64,000 bases of DNA. Source: a virus. The translations under genes were made by a program, and so were the position numbers. The stretch is taken from positions 4,010-68,009 of the IMG/VR virus record IMGVR_UViG_3300018432_000290. One strand, given 5' to 3'. The notes beneath the pieces are model-generated. The model was not told where the DNA came from. It saw only the letters and a list, made by a program, of their open reading frames with translations, and searched no databases. Shown in pieces: positions 34,699 to 44,145 of this stretch (position 1 is the stretch's first letter; every line of letters starts with the position of its first letter).

Positions 34699-35826
34699 CT
34701 ACCTCCGCGGTGCTCGGTACACGTGCAGGCCGTCGTGCCACAGCACGTGGGTGCGGTCGCTGCCGCTTCGGTAGATCCCCATCTTGAGGTAGTTGCGTTC
34801 CGTGCCCACGGTGGTGGCCGCGGGGAACCGGGTCAGCAGCTCCCCGTCACGCCACAGCGCCACTCCCCCGTCCAGCTCGTCCCGGGCCCAGCGCACGTGC
34901 AGCACGTAGTCCGACCAGCGCCCGGGGGACACCGGCCCGCACGGGCGCGCGTACCCCCCGGGGCGGTCGTTCTCCACGGACAGCCGCCCCTGGTGGTCCA
35001 CGTGCAGGCTCAGCGGGGGGGACCCCTCGTCGCTGTGGAACTGCATCCAGATCAGGCCCCAGCCCTGACCGGGCGGGGGGAACTCCCCGCCCAGGTCCCC
35101 GAACATGGTGGACCACACGTGCCAGGTCTCGTCCCCCTCCCCCACGTCGAACGTCTCCCCCGCGCGCACCTCCGCGCGCTCCCCGCCCCCGAAGTTGGGC
35201 ACGTCCCCGGGCACCACCTGGAAGCGCGCGGCCGTGGGATGGCCGGGCCCGGCGTCCCGCACCGAGATGGACCGGGTGCGGTAGCCCGTGGCCGCCCCGT
35301 TGTGGTCCACGGTCTGGACGTTGGCCCAGCGGCCCAGGTCTCCGCGGTCGAAGGCCAGGGACCCCACCAGCTCCACGTCCTGCGGCAGGATCCCGTGGCC
35401 CGCAGGGGGCGGCTGGGGAGCCGGCGTGTCCGGCGGCTGGGTGGGTGTGGGGGCGGTGGGCACCCCGGGGCTGGGGTGGGGGCGTGGGGGTGCGGGCTGG
35501 ATCCCCACCGCGGCCAGCGCGGTCAGGTTGGCCTCCAGCTGGCGCGCGGCCTCGGTCAGGTTGCGCCACCGGGACTGGTCGGTCAGCCGGAAGCGGGCGT
35601 GGACCTGCTCCACGGCGTCGGACAGCTTGCCGGTGGGCACGCTCCACGGCCCACCCTCGCGCCCGGCGTACACCGGCACGCGCCCCTCCAGCCCGTGCTC
35701 CTTGAGCAGCGGCCACGTGGCCTCCAGCGCCACCAGCACGCGCCCGGCCACCGGGTCCGGGTAGTCCCCCAGCTGGTCCGTGCCGGTGATGGCCCGGTGC
35801 AGCGCGTCCAGCTTGGCCTGGTCCAT
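34699..35826 (-). CDS. Protein with C-terminal polysaccharide-lyase-like jelly-roll domain
   Basis: GGERAEV, WMQFH, GRWSDYVLHVRW, NYLKMGIYRS after a Pro-rich linker. Confidence 0.65.
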   Translation of the reverse strand: MDQAKLDALHRAITGTDQLGDYPDPVAGRVLVALEATWPLLKEHGLEGRVPVYAGREGGPWSVPTGKLSDAVEQVHARFRLTDQSRWRNLTEAARQLEANLTALAAVGIQPAPPRPHPSPGVPTAPTPTQPPDTPAPQPPPAGHGILPQDVELVGSLAFDRGDLGRWANVQTVDHNGAATGYRTRSISVRDAGPGHPTAARFQVVPGDVPNFGGGERAEVRAGETFDVGEGDETWHVWSTMFGDLGGEFPPPGQGWGLIWMQFHSDEGSPPLSLHVDHQGRLSVENDRPGGYARPCGPVSPGRWSDYVLHVRWARDELDGGVALWRDGELLTRFPAATTVGTERNYLKMGIYRSGSDRTHVLWHDGLHVYRAPRR

Positions 35827-36287
35827 CACTGGTCCCGGGACCGGGCCATGGCCTCGGCCAGGATGCGGTCGGTGTCCACGCTCTTGCGCAGGGCCCACAC
35901 CCGGCCCTTGGTGATCTGGGTGGCCGCCCAGCTGATGGCCAGCCCCAGCACGGTGGCCACGGCCCCGGTGAGCAGGTCCAGCACCGGGTCCTCGAGCGGG
36001 ACCGCCCACACCACCCCCACCCCCAGCAGCACGATCACGCGGGCCAGCTCGGCCACCACCAGCGGCTGGGGGGCGCGCTGGGCCTCCAGCGGGGGCGGCA
36101 GGGCGGGAGCCGGGCGCCGCAGGCGGGACGGGCCGGGGTCGGTGTAGGGGGGGTCCGGCTCGTAGTAGTCCGGCTGGTAGTACCCGTCCGGGGCTCCCCA
36201 GGACCCGCTGGGGCGCGGGCCCAGGCGCCGCACCGGGGGCGGGGGGGCGTCGTACTCCTCCTCGGCCCAGTGGTGACGCGCGTTCAC
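35826..36287 (-). CDS. Holin-like membrane protein
   Basis: Two C-terminal TM segments; directly after the endolysin. Confidence 0.55.
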   Translation of the reverse strand: MNARHHWAEEEYDAPPPPVRRLGPRPSGSWGAPDGYYQPDYYEPDPPYTDPGPSRLRRPAPALPPPLEAQRAPQPLVVAELARVIVLLGVGVVWAVPLEDPVLDLLTGAVATVLGLAISWAATQITKGRVWALRKSVDTDRILAEAMARSRDQ

Positions 36288-36982
36288 CCGTGGAACCCCG
36301 TGGACCGGCGGGTGGCCGGGCCCACCACCCCGTCCGCCTTGAGCCCCCGATAGCTCTGGATCTCCTTGGTGCGGGCCACGGTGGCGTTGCCGAAGTCCCC
36401 GTCCACCTTGAGGTGGGGGCGGAAGCGCGCGTACCCGTCCACCGTGAACTCCTGCCAGGCCGCCACGGCCGGACCCTTCATTCCCTTGCGCAACACGGCC
36501 CCGGGCGCGGTGGCCGGGGTGCCGGACGTGGGGCGGCTGGGGGTGGCCCCGCCCAGCACGTTCTGCATGTGCCCGCGGCTCAGGGTGCGCGCGGTGTGCC
36601 AGGAGAACTCCACGTGGATGTGGTCGGTGTGGGGGCTCTGGCCCCCGTACCGGCGCCACCCCTGGGACTTCTTGTTCACCGACCAGATGCGCCGGTTCCA
36701 GATCACCAGCTGGATCCCCAGGGCCTCGTGGTGGTCCACCAGGGCCTGGGCCAGCGCGGTGCCGTACCCGGCGGCGTAGGGGCGCACCCCGAAGTCACAC
36801 GCGCGCCCCTCCCCGTGCAGGGACGGGGCGCTGCCCCCGCGCACGCTGCGGCAGTTGTAGATCCCGCTGTTGACGCCCCCGCGCGCGGCGTAGGCCCCCA
36901 GGTACCAGGCCATGGCCTCCCGGCAACCGTCCTGGGCGCGCCCGGAGCACTGCCGCCCGGCCCCCTGATACGTCAGCGCCAC
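36284..36982 (-). CDS. Endolysin: M15-like Zn peptidase plus peptidoglycan-binding domain
   Basis: SLHGEGRACD..HTDHIHV; LRKGMKGPAV..VDGDFG..ADGVVGPAT. Confidence 0.8.
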   Translation of the reverse strand: MALTYQGAGRQCSGRAQDGCREAMAWYLGAYAARGGVNSGIYNCRSVRGGSAPSLHGEGRACDFGVRPYAAGYGTALAQALVDHHEALGIQLVIWNRRIWSVNKKSQGWRRYGGQSPHTDHIHVEFSWHTARTLSRGHMQNVLGGATPSRPTSGTPATAPGAVLRKGMKGPAVAAWQEFTVDGYARFRPHLKVDGDFGNATVARTKEIQSYRGLKADGVVGPATRRSTGFHG

Positions 36983-36983
36983 G

Positions 36984-37673
36984 TCACAGCTCCTCGAAGT
37001 CGTCCAGCGGCTCCACGGGGGTGGCCTCGCCGGCCGGGTCCACGTAGTCCTCGTGGGCCGGGTCGGTCACGTCCTCCGGGACGGGGTCCGGCTCGCTGCC
37101 CGGCCCCCCCACCAGGTCCCCGGTGTCGGTGTCGTGCTGTTCCACGGCGATCTCCTGGGTGGGGAGTGGGGGCGTTGCGGGCACCGTAGCCGCGGGACCG
37201 GACGCGGCCGGGGCGGCGCGCGCCAGCGCGTGCAGCTGGGCCCGCAGCTCCCCCACCTGGTGCTCCAGGGCCTCCACCAGCTGCTCGGAGCGCCATGCCC
37301 GCCGGGCGGCGTCCCGGGCCTGGGCCTCGGCCCCCTCGGCGCGCTGCTGGGCCTCGGCCACGCGCGCGTCCGCGGCCGCGGTCACCGCGGCCACCTTGTC
37401 GTCCAGGCGGTCGGCCCGCGCGTCGGCGTTCTCCGCAATCTTGAGCGCGGCGTCGGACAGCTGACTGGCGGTGTCGGCCTGCACCTTGCGGCGGTTGGCC
37501 GGGATCATCACCAGCGCCGCCACACCCCCCAGCAGCCCCGCGGACCCCAGCACCGCGGACACCACCTGGAACCACGGGGGCAGCCCCCCGTCCGGCGGGG
37601 CGGCGGCGGCCACCAGCTGCTCCAGGGCCTGGGCCGCCGGAGGCCACCACCACAGCAGGGTCAGCCCCGTCAC
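36984..37673 (-). CDS. Membrane plus coiled-coil protein of the lysis cassette
   Basis: TM helix followed by heptad-rich region. Confidence 0.65.
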   Translation of the reverse strand: MTGLTLLWWWPPAAQALEQLVAAAAPPDGGLPPWFQVVSAVLGSAGLLGGVAALVMIPANRRKVQADTASQLSDAALKIAENADARADRLDDKVAAVTAAADARVAEAQQRAEGAEAQARDAARRAWRSEQLVEALEHQVGELRAQLHALARAAPAASGPAATVPATPPLPTQEIAVEQHDTDTGDLVGGPGSEPDPVPEDVTDPAHEDYVDPAGEATPVEPLDDFEEL

Positions 37674-38152
37674 GAGCTCGGGGATGGCGGGGACTCATCC
37701 GGTGGGGTCTCCAGCGGCAGGGTGTCCTCCAGCCCCAGGCGGTGGGCCTCGGCCACGATCACCTCCAGCTCGTACAGGTCCACGCTGAGGTGGAAGGCCC
37801 GCACCAGGTTGCTCACGGCGAACACGCACACCAGCACCGACACCCCGGCCGCGTCCCACCCCACCGTGGCCAGCCCCACCAGGGGGAAGGCCAGCAGCCA
37901 CCCGGCCAGCCCGGTCAGCCCGGCGCGCTCCACCATCAGCCCGGTGGCGGTGTGGCGGCGGGTGCCCCACAGCACCACCGCGGCCCCCAGCACGGTGACC
38001 AGGAACCACACCACGCTGGCCGGACCGGGGAACGCGTCGGTGATCACCGACCCCCCGGACCCCCCGCTGGCCGCCCCCAGCAGTCCCCCCACCAGCAGCA
38101 GCGCCACCAGCCCCCCCTGGTGGGGGCGCTGCCACCCGCGCTCCGCGAACAT
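37670..38152 (-). CDS. Four-TM membrane protein (holin-like)
   Basis: Four hydrophobic segments; start uncertain. Confidence 0.6.
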   Translation of the reverse strand: MFAERGWQRPHQGGLVALLLVGGLLGAASGGSGGSVITDAFPGPASVVWFLVTVLGAAVVLWGTRRHTATGLMVERAGLTGLAGWLLAFPLVGLATVGWDAAGVSVLVCVFAVSNLVRAFHLSVDLYELEVIVAEAHRLGLEDTLPLETPPDESPPSPSS

Positions 38153-38229
38153 GGTCAGCAGCCGCTGGCGCCGGCGCGCTCGAGCGCGGTAGGCCCGCCC
38201 CACCAGCTGCCGGTGCCAGGTCCCCAACC

Positions 38230-39285
38230 TCACGCCGGGCCCATGTAGCGCACCACCAGGTGGGTGGGGAACCCGTTCTGGACCTGGATCCCGGTGTGCA
38301 GTCCCCAGGCCCCCCAGTACAGCTTGTCCCCGGGGGCCAGCCGGACCTCCCGGGACGCGTGCAGCACCAGCTCCCCGCGCGCCCCGGTCACCTCCCGCAC
38401 GTCGATGGCCAGGGTGTTCAGGTAGTTGGCGGCGTTCAGCGCCACGCGGGAGATCATGGTGCTGGCCGCCGTGGAGATGGTGGCCAGCTCCCAATCCACG
38501 CGCCAGCGCCCCAGCACGGGGATGGTGACGTAGCTGGACACCCCGGCCGACCCGGACAGGGTGACCATGTCGTACGGGTCCCCGTCCACCCCCCCTTCCA
38601 GCACGGTGTTCCAGCCGGTGGTGGCCCACACGTCCCCCTGCCCACCGAACGGCCACTGGCCCCCGGTGCGCCGCACCTCGCACCACCGGTCCACGCTGCC
38701 CGCGGCCGCGGCGATGGTGTCCAGCTCGGAGCGCAGCCCCGTGATCCCCGGGATGGTGTGGACGTCGGTGGTGTCCCCCAGGTGGGCGGCCAGCTCGGCG
38801 TCGGTGGCAAACCACGCTTCCAGGGACGCGGCCGGGATCCCGGTGGAGCGCACCACCCACAGCGTGGTGGACACGGCCTGGAGCACTTCCACGGTGCCGC
38901 TCAGCTTGAGGGTGCGCGTGCCCCCCAGGATGGTGTGCCCTGCTCCTGCCGTCACCGTGGCCACGTTGGTGGCGTGGGTGGGGGACGTCAGCTGGACGGC
39001 CACCTGCAACCCCGGCACGGGGGTGGGCAGGGTGAGGGCCACCGGTCCCGCGGCCGCGTTCACCGGGTAGCCGCGCCCGATCACCATGGTGCCGCCGGCG
39101 GTGACGGTGTCCACCCACTCGATGCCGGCGCTCTCGGCCAGCTTCCACACGCTGGCCAGGGACTGGTCCCACCAGTCCAGGGCCTCGGCCACCTCCGGGG
39201 TGGTGGACGGCACGATGATGTTGCCGTCCGGGTCGCGCACCTCGTTCACCCACGGGCCACCGTGGTACGGGCCGGGATACGGCAT
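38230..39285 (-). CDS. Minor tail protein
   Basis: Position; beta-rich C-terminus similar in layout to 31878-32846. Confidence 0.7.
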   Translation of the reverse strand: MPYPGPYHGGPWVNEVRDPDGNIIVPSTTPEVAEALDWWDQSLASVWKLAESAGIEWVDTVTAGGTMVIGRGYPVNAAAGPVALTLPTPVPGLQVAVQLTSPTHATNVATVTAGAGHTILGGTRTLKLSGTVEVLQAVSTTLWVVRSTGIPAASLEAWFATDAELAAHLGDTTDVHTIPGITGLRSELDTIAAAAGSVDRWCEVRRTGGQWPFGGQGDVWATTGWNTVLEGGVDGDPYDMVTLSGSAGVSSYVTIPVLGRWRVDWELATISTAASTMISRVALNAANYLNTLAIDVREVTGARGELVLHASREVRLAPGDKLYWGAWGLHTGIQVQNGFPTHLVVRYMGPA

Positions 39286-39288
39286 GGG

Positions 39289-40503
39289 TCACGCCTCCGT
39301 CTTCTTCGGCGGCGGTGTGCCGCGCTTCTCCAGCGCTTCCACGCGCGCGGTCAACGTGTCGATCTGCTGGGCCTGCTCCTGGACGGCCGCCAGGGCCACG
39401 TTGAGCATCTGGCCCACGTCGTAGGAGGACAGGTCCCGGCCCTGGGGGTCCACGTAGTGGTTGATCAGCTGGTCGGGCAGCTCGTCGATCATCAGGCCGA
39501 CCCGCACCCGCTCCGGTTCGGCGTCGAAGTCGGCCACCTCCGGGTCGTACTCCCATGCGTCGATCTTGAGGTCGCGCACCACGTCCAGGGCGTTCTTGCC
39601 GGTGTGCTCCTTGATGGACCGGTGGTTCTTCTTGTACCGGGCGGCGCTGGCCACGGTCAGGAAGTTGGTGGAGCGGATCCCGCGGAAGGCGTTCCCGGCC
39701 CAGTTGCACACGTCGGTGGCCCCGTCGGAACCCCAGGCCAGCGCCCCGTCGAAGTAGCGGGAGCTCCAGTTGGCCCCGTTGGCCCGCGTGGCCACGTCGA
39801 AGGTCCCCCCGCAGCTCAGCCCGCCCTCCGCGCGCATCCCGCCCAGGGCGTTGATGTCCCCGTTGGAGTCCACGTCGTTGGCGTGCAGCCGGCTCACGCG
39901 CAACCCTCTGAGCGCGTTGCCGGCGCGGTTGACGAACTCCGCGGCCCCGTCGCTGCCCCAGTGCAGGGCCCCGTCGATCCCCTCGGTGGGGTAGTACGCA
40001 TTTTGCTGAGCCACGAAGCGGTACGCGGACACGGGGCCGAAGAACGTGGCGAACTCCCCCACCAGCCCCCGGCTCTGGGTTCCGTTGCCGTTGACCAGCT
40101 CCAGGGCCCCCGTGGGGCTCCATCGGATCGCCGCGTCCCGGTCCACCGGGCCATAGATGGCGTTCCCGGTGGTGCGGAAGGTGTTGGCGTCGATGTACCC
40201 GGTGGCGATCAGGTCGGTGACGCGCACCAGGCCGGCCGGGTCGTCCCCGTCCCCCAGGTGCCCCAGCACCACGGGGGCGCTGCCGGGCAGGATCACCACC
40301 AGCACCACCTGGCCCACGACAGGCCACGTGGAGCGCAGGCGGTTGCAGGCCACGCTGGCTTCGCTGCCGTCCCCGGCCAGGTCCACCCACACCTTGGCGC
40401 CCGCCAGGCTGGTCACGGGACCCACGTCCAGGCTGGGTCCCGCGGCGGCCTCCCCGCTGATCTGGCCCAGGGCCTCCAGGAAGGTGGGCACGGACTCGGT
40501 CAC
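39289..40503 (-). CDS. Tail spike/fibre with C-terminal intramolecular chaperone (peptidase S74-like)
   Basis: SAARYKKN..ALDVVRDL..GLMIDEL..AAVQEQAQQIDTLTARVEALE. Confidence 0.8.
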   Translation of the reverse strand: MTESVPTFLEALGQISGEAAAGPSLDVGPVTSLAGAKVWVDLAGDGSEASVACNRLRSTWPVVGQVVLVVILPGSAPVVLGHLGDGDDPAGLVRVTDLIATGYIDANTFRTTGNAIYGPVDRDAAIRWSPTGALELVNGNGTQSRGLVGEFATFFGPVSAYRFVAQQNAYYPTEGIDGALHWGSDGAAEFVNRAGNALRGLRVSRLHANDVDSNGDINALGGMRAEGGLSCGGTFDVATRANGANWSSRYFDGALAWGSDGATDVCNWAGNAFRGIRSTNFLTVASAARYKKNHRSIKEHTGKNALDVVRDLKIDAWEYDPEVADFDAEPERVRVGLMIDELPDQLINHYVDPQGRDLSSYDVGQMLNVALAAVQEQAQQIDTLTARVEALEKRGTPPPKKTEA

Positions 40504-41675
40504 GAGGCCTCCACGGTGGTGCCGGTGTCCTCGGCGGGCAGGTCGGTGGTGCGCGTGCCCAGGGCCTGGGCACTGCCGTCCAGGGGGATGGGCACCACCG
40601 ACACCAGGTGGCGCTGGTACAGCCCGGACGGCAACAGGGTGGCGATGGTCAACCCCGGCTCCAGGCCGGGATGGGGCAGCCCGGTGGGGTTGCACTGGTA
40701 GTAGATCCCGGCCCAGCGGGCCAGCCCGTCCACGGCCACCTGGTCGGCCTGTTCCTGGGTGACGATCATTTCGCTGGCGTAGAAGCGCGGGAAGCGCCCG
40801 GCCGGGCCGGGAACCTCCTCGGTGCCCCAGTAGTCCGGGCGGGTGGGGTCGTCCACCACCGCGCGCCCCATCACGATGGGGGTGCCGTCGGTCTGCTTGC
40901 CCTTGGCATAGAACGCGTTCACGATCTTGGCGCTGGACGTCTTCTGGTCCATGGCCACCAGCGCCCCCCCGGGGCCGGCGTTGAGCACCCACACCGGGGC
41001 GTCGGCCAGCTGGGGCACGTCCTCGATCACGAACCCCCCGGTGCGGTCCGCGTACACCACCACGTCCATGCGGTTTTCGAACTGGCCGATCCCGTCGTCC
41101 CACGGCTTCTCGGCCACCGTGAACGCCTTGCCCAGGGTGTAGGTGGACGAGCAGCGGCTGGTGTCCACGGCCGCCCCGGGGAAGCTGCGCCAGATCATCC
41201 ACTTGATCGCCTCCACCCCGGACACCCCGGCGGGCACCTGGAACGGCACCGGGAACCGGTCCCGCACGATCTTGATGGTGCGGTCACTGGCGTTGACGGC
41301 GATCCCGTCGGTCAGGGGCAGCTTGCGGCTGCTGTCGTCGATGGGGCCGCGGAACAGCGGCACCCACACGGGGGCCGGGCGCCCGGGCACGGCGATCCCG
41401 TACTCCACCCCCAGCTCCGGGCCCACCGCGGACAGCGGGCCGTCCATGGCCTCGCTCCACAGGCTGGGCTGGGACACCACCACCGCGGCGGTGCGGCGCA
41501 CGGCCTGCCCGTCGTCGTAGTTGACGGTCCCCCCGCTGTGGGGCACCCCCGGGATCACAGTGCCGTCCCCCAGGTACAGGGTGACGCGGGACTCCACCCC
41601 GTGGCTGGTGCGCAGGGCCAGGCTGGCCTCGGCGTCCAGCTGGGGGTGGACGCTCAGCGGGTACAGCCCCGGCAC
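40500..41675 (-). CDS. Minor tail/hub protein
   Basis: GGTVNYDDGQAVRRT, LPHPGLEPG; position after distal tail gene. Confidence 0.75.
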   Translation of the reverse strand: MPGLYPLSVHPQLDAEASLALRTSHGVESRVTLYLGDGTVIPGVPHSGGTVNYDDGQAVRRTAAVVVSQPSLWSEAMDGPLSAVGPELGVEYGIAVPGRPAPVWVPLFRGPIDDSSRKLPLTDGIAVNASDRTIKIVRDRFPVPFQVPAGVSGVEAIKWMIWRSFPGAAVDTSRCSSTYTLGKAFTVAEKPWDDGIGQFENRMDVVVYADRTGGFVIEDVPQLADAPVWVLNAGPGGALVAMDQKTSSAKIVNAFYAKGKQTDGTPIVMGRAVVDDPTRPDYWGTEEVPGPAGRFPRFYASEMIVTQEQADQVAVDGLARWAGIYYQCNPTGLPHPGLEPGLTIATLLPSGLYQRHLVSVVPIPLDGSAQALGTRTTDLPAEDTGTTVEAS

Positions 41676-41676
41676 G

Positions 41677-43386
41677 TCACCCTCCCCGCCGCACCATGTA
41701 CAGCACGGACTGGGGCACCTGCATGGTGGCGGCCGGGTCGTTGGGGTTGCCGCGGTACCCCAGCTCCATCAACCGGGCCAGCATCCACTCCGTGGTGTCC
41801 GCGGCCGTGACCAGCACCAGCGCGTCGGTGCTGTCGGCCACCATGGGGGGCACGCTGAACCCGGACCCGTCGGTGGTGCCGGACCCCACGCTGCCCACCG
41901 TGACGGGGGGCGCGATCTGCTGGAACGGGTAGGACAGCGGGCGTATCCCGTCCACCCCCCAGTGGGTGCGCGGGCTCTCGGTCTCGTCCCCGAACTGGGC
42001 CCAGAACCCCGGGCCGTACCCGTGGGACGCGGGCATGCGCACCAGCAGGGGACTCTGGTCGTCGAACAGCGCGGCCAGCTCGGCGCGCTCGGCGTGGCTG
42101 GTGGTGATCAGGCGCAGGGCGTCCCCGGTGGGGCTGCGCCGCGGACCGTTGGTCACGGCGATGGGCTCACTGGCCCCAATCACCTCCAGGTAGCTCACCC
42201 GGGCCGCGCGCGTCCGCGCGGGGGCGCGCTCCACCCACACCTTGACCATGCGCCCGTCCGGGTGGGACAGCCACGTGTCGTAGTGCCCGTGGGGGGCCTC
42301 GAGCGTCACGGGGGTGCCGGCGATCAACCCCCCCAGCACGTCCGGGTTGGACACCTCGTACACCACGGGCTGGCCGATGGGGGCCTCGCGGTCCAGCGCG
42401 AACCCCTGGGGGGCGTAGCTGCTGGTGGACTCCCCGGGCGCACCGTTCCACTCCCCGATGAGCACGCGCCCGTCGAAGTAGCTGCCGTCGCTGTCCGCGC
42501 TGGGCTCGATCAGCACCCGCCGCACGGTCAGGTACTCCCCCTGGTCCAGCTGGGCCACCAGCTGGGGCACCCCCAGGGTGGCCCCGGCGGGGGCCCGCAC
42601 CCGCAGCACCACCCGGTCCCGGCGCCCCAGGGCGCGGGCCTTGTCCAGGTCGCTCAGCGCCACCGTGGTGGGGGCGTAGGTCCCCCCGGCCACGTCGGAC
42701 CAGGCCACCTGCAGGTAGGCGGGGTCGGTGACGTCGAAGCTGGCCGGCAGGCGCAGCTCCAGGGCCACGGTGTGGACCCGGGCGTCCACCTCCCCCGGCA
42801 GGTACACCCCGGTCAGCCCGGCCGCGGGGGCGGTCACGCGGGCCACGTACCCGGTGCCGCTGAACCCGGACCCGCTGGTGTCCCCCCCGGGGAACGTGGT
42901 GGCCGACGGGAAGCGGGTGGCGCTGGGGCTGGACCCGGAGCGGGTCACCTCGTCCGGACGGCGGGCCACCACCGGGGTGCCCACCCCCGGCAGGTACCCG
43001 TCGGCATCCACCAGCAGGTCCGGGTTGGTGGCCCGGTTCACCCGGGTGGGGCGCACCCGCATCAGGTTGGCCCCGCGCACGCGGCTGCGTTCCCCGGTGG
43101 CCACGTTCACCCGGTACAGCCGCAGCGTGGTGGCGAACGGCCACCACACGGTGACGTCCACCAGCCCGGTGTCCGGGTGGGCCTCGGCCAGCACCCCGGC
43201 CCCCGGATACGTGGCGGTGGACCCGCCGCCCACGATCTCCACGCCCGGGCCCTGGGTGTCCTGGGCCGCGATCCACAGCCAGGACTGGGTGCGCCGATAC
43301 GGGTTGTAGTACCGCGTGCCGGGCTCGCGGACGGTGTCCGCCGAGGCCAGCGCGGCGACCCCCGGGGTCGACCCGACGATGGCCAC
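41677..43386 (-). CDS. Minor tail protein (distal-tail-like)
   Basis: NRATNP, YFDG, DREAPIGQPVVY; second gene after TMP. Confidence 0.7.
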   Translation of the reverse strand: MAIVGSTPGVAALASADTVREPGTRYYNPYRRTQSWLWIAAQDTQGPGVEIVGGGSTATYPGAGVLAEAHPDTGLVDVTVWWPFATTLRLYRVNVATGERSRVRGANLMRVRPTRVNRATNPDLLVDADGYLPGVGTPVVARRPDEVTRSGSSPSATRFPSATTFPGGDTSGSGFSGTGYVARVTAPAAGLTGVYLPGEVDARVHTVALELRLPASFDVTDPAYLQVAWSDVAGGTYAPTTVALSDLDKARALGRRDRVVLRVRAPAGATLGVPQLVAQLDQGEYLTVRRVLIEPSADSDGSYFDGRVLIGEWNGAPGESTSSYAPQGFALDREAPIGQPVVYEVSNPDVLGGLIAGTPVTLEAPHGHYDTWLSHPDGRMVKVWVERAPARTRAARVSYLEVIGASEPIAVTNGPRRSPTGDALRLITTSHAERAELAALFDDQSPLLVRMPASHGYGPGFWAQFGDETESPRTHWGVDGIRPLSYPFQQIAPPVTVGSVGSGTTDGSGFSVPPMVADSTDALVLVTAADTTEWMLARLMELGYRGNPNDPAATMQVPQSVLYMVRRGG

Positions 43387-43389
43387 AGG

Positions 43390-44145
43390 TCAGTGCCCCA
43401 CCGCGTCGTACATGATGTTCGCCCCCTGGGTGAAGGGGGTCCCGTTCAGGTTGGTCAGCCGCAGGCTGATGGTGGTCTTGGTGTTGGGCCCGGTGCCGCT
43501 GATCACGAACATGCCCTGGCTGCCGCCCTCGGTGCGCATGGCGGTGAAGGCGTCCACGGCGTTGGGGAAGCCACCGGAGGCCAGCGGCACCGTCAACAGC
43601 CCGGACCCGTCGGGGTTGGCCTGGTAGGCCCCGGCAATGCGCATTTGGACATGCTCCGCGCCCACCGTCTGCCCGGTGGGGGCGGACAGCCCGATCCCGT
43701 GGCCGCCGGGAGGGGCGTAGATCCCGCTCAACAGACCGGACGGGGTCTTGGTCACCAGCCGCTTGATGGTGCCCAGGAACGCCCGCCCCCCGTAGTGCAG
43801 GGCGGCCGGCACGTCGGCCAGCGCGGCGTGCTGCAACAGCAGGTCCCAGGTGGTGATGCGCTCCCCGGCCGGGGTGCCCTCGTCCCACACCTGGGTGGGG
43901 TCGGTGCCTTCCTGGCCGCGCAGCACGGTGGCCGTGGTGGCCCCGGCCGCGTGCTGGATCACCCACACCACCTCCAGGGGGGTGCCGGGCAGCCCGTCCC
44001 CCAGCACCACCGGCAGGTAGTTGGGGTCGCTGATGGTGCCCAGGGCGGCCAGGAAGCCGGCGGTCATGGTGGTGCTGCTGCCGGGTAGCACGGCGTCCAG
44101 GCGCCCGAACGCCTTGTTGAATGTCAGCCGGTGGGTTGCGGCCAT
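43390..44145 (-). CDS. Minor tail protein
   Basis: TAATG coupling to TMP; ATVLRGQEGT motif. Confidence 0.7.
   Translation of the reverse strand: MAATHRLTFNKAFGRLDAVLPGSSTTMTAGFLAALGTISDPNYLPVVLGDGLPGTPLEVVWVIQHAAGATTATVLRGQEGTDPTQVWDEGTPAGERITTWDLLLQHAALADVPAALHYGGRAFLGTIKRLVTKTPSGLLSGIYAPPGGHGIGLSAPTGQTVGAEHVQMRIAGAYQANPDGSGLLTVPLASGGFPNAVDAFTAMRTEGGSQGMFVISGTGPNTKTTISLRLTNLNGTPFTQGANIMYDAVGH

Noticed and set aside
13855-38189. CGGCGCGCTCGAGCGCGG present at about 13855 and 38172
   Set aside because: GC-rich, only two copies in unrelated contexts; not credible as att sites
31878-40503. Diversity-generating retroelement or invertible tail-fibre cassette
   Set aside because: No reverse transcriptase or invertase, and no adenine-specific template/variable repeat pair seen
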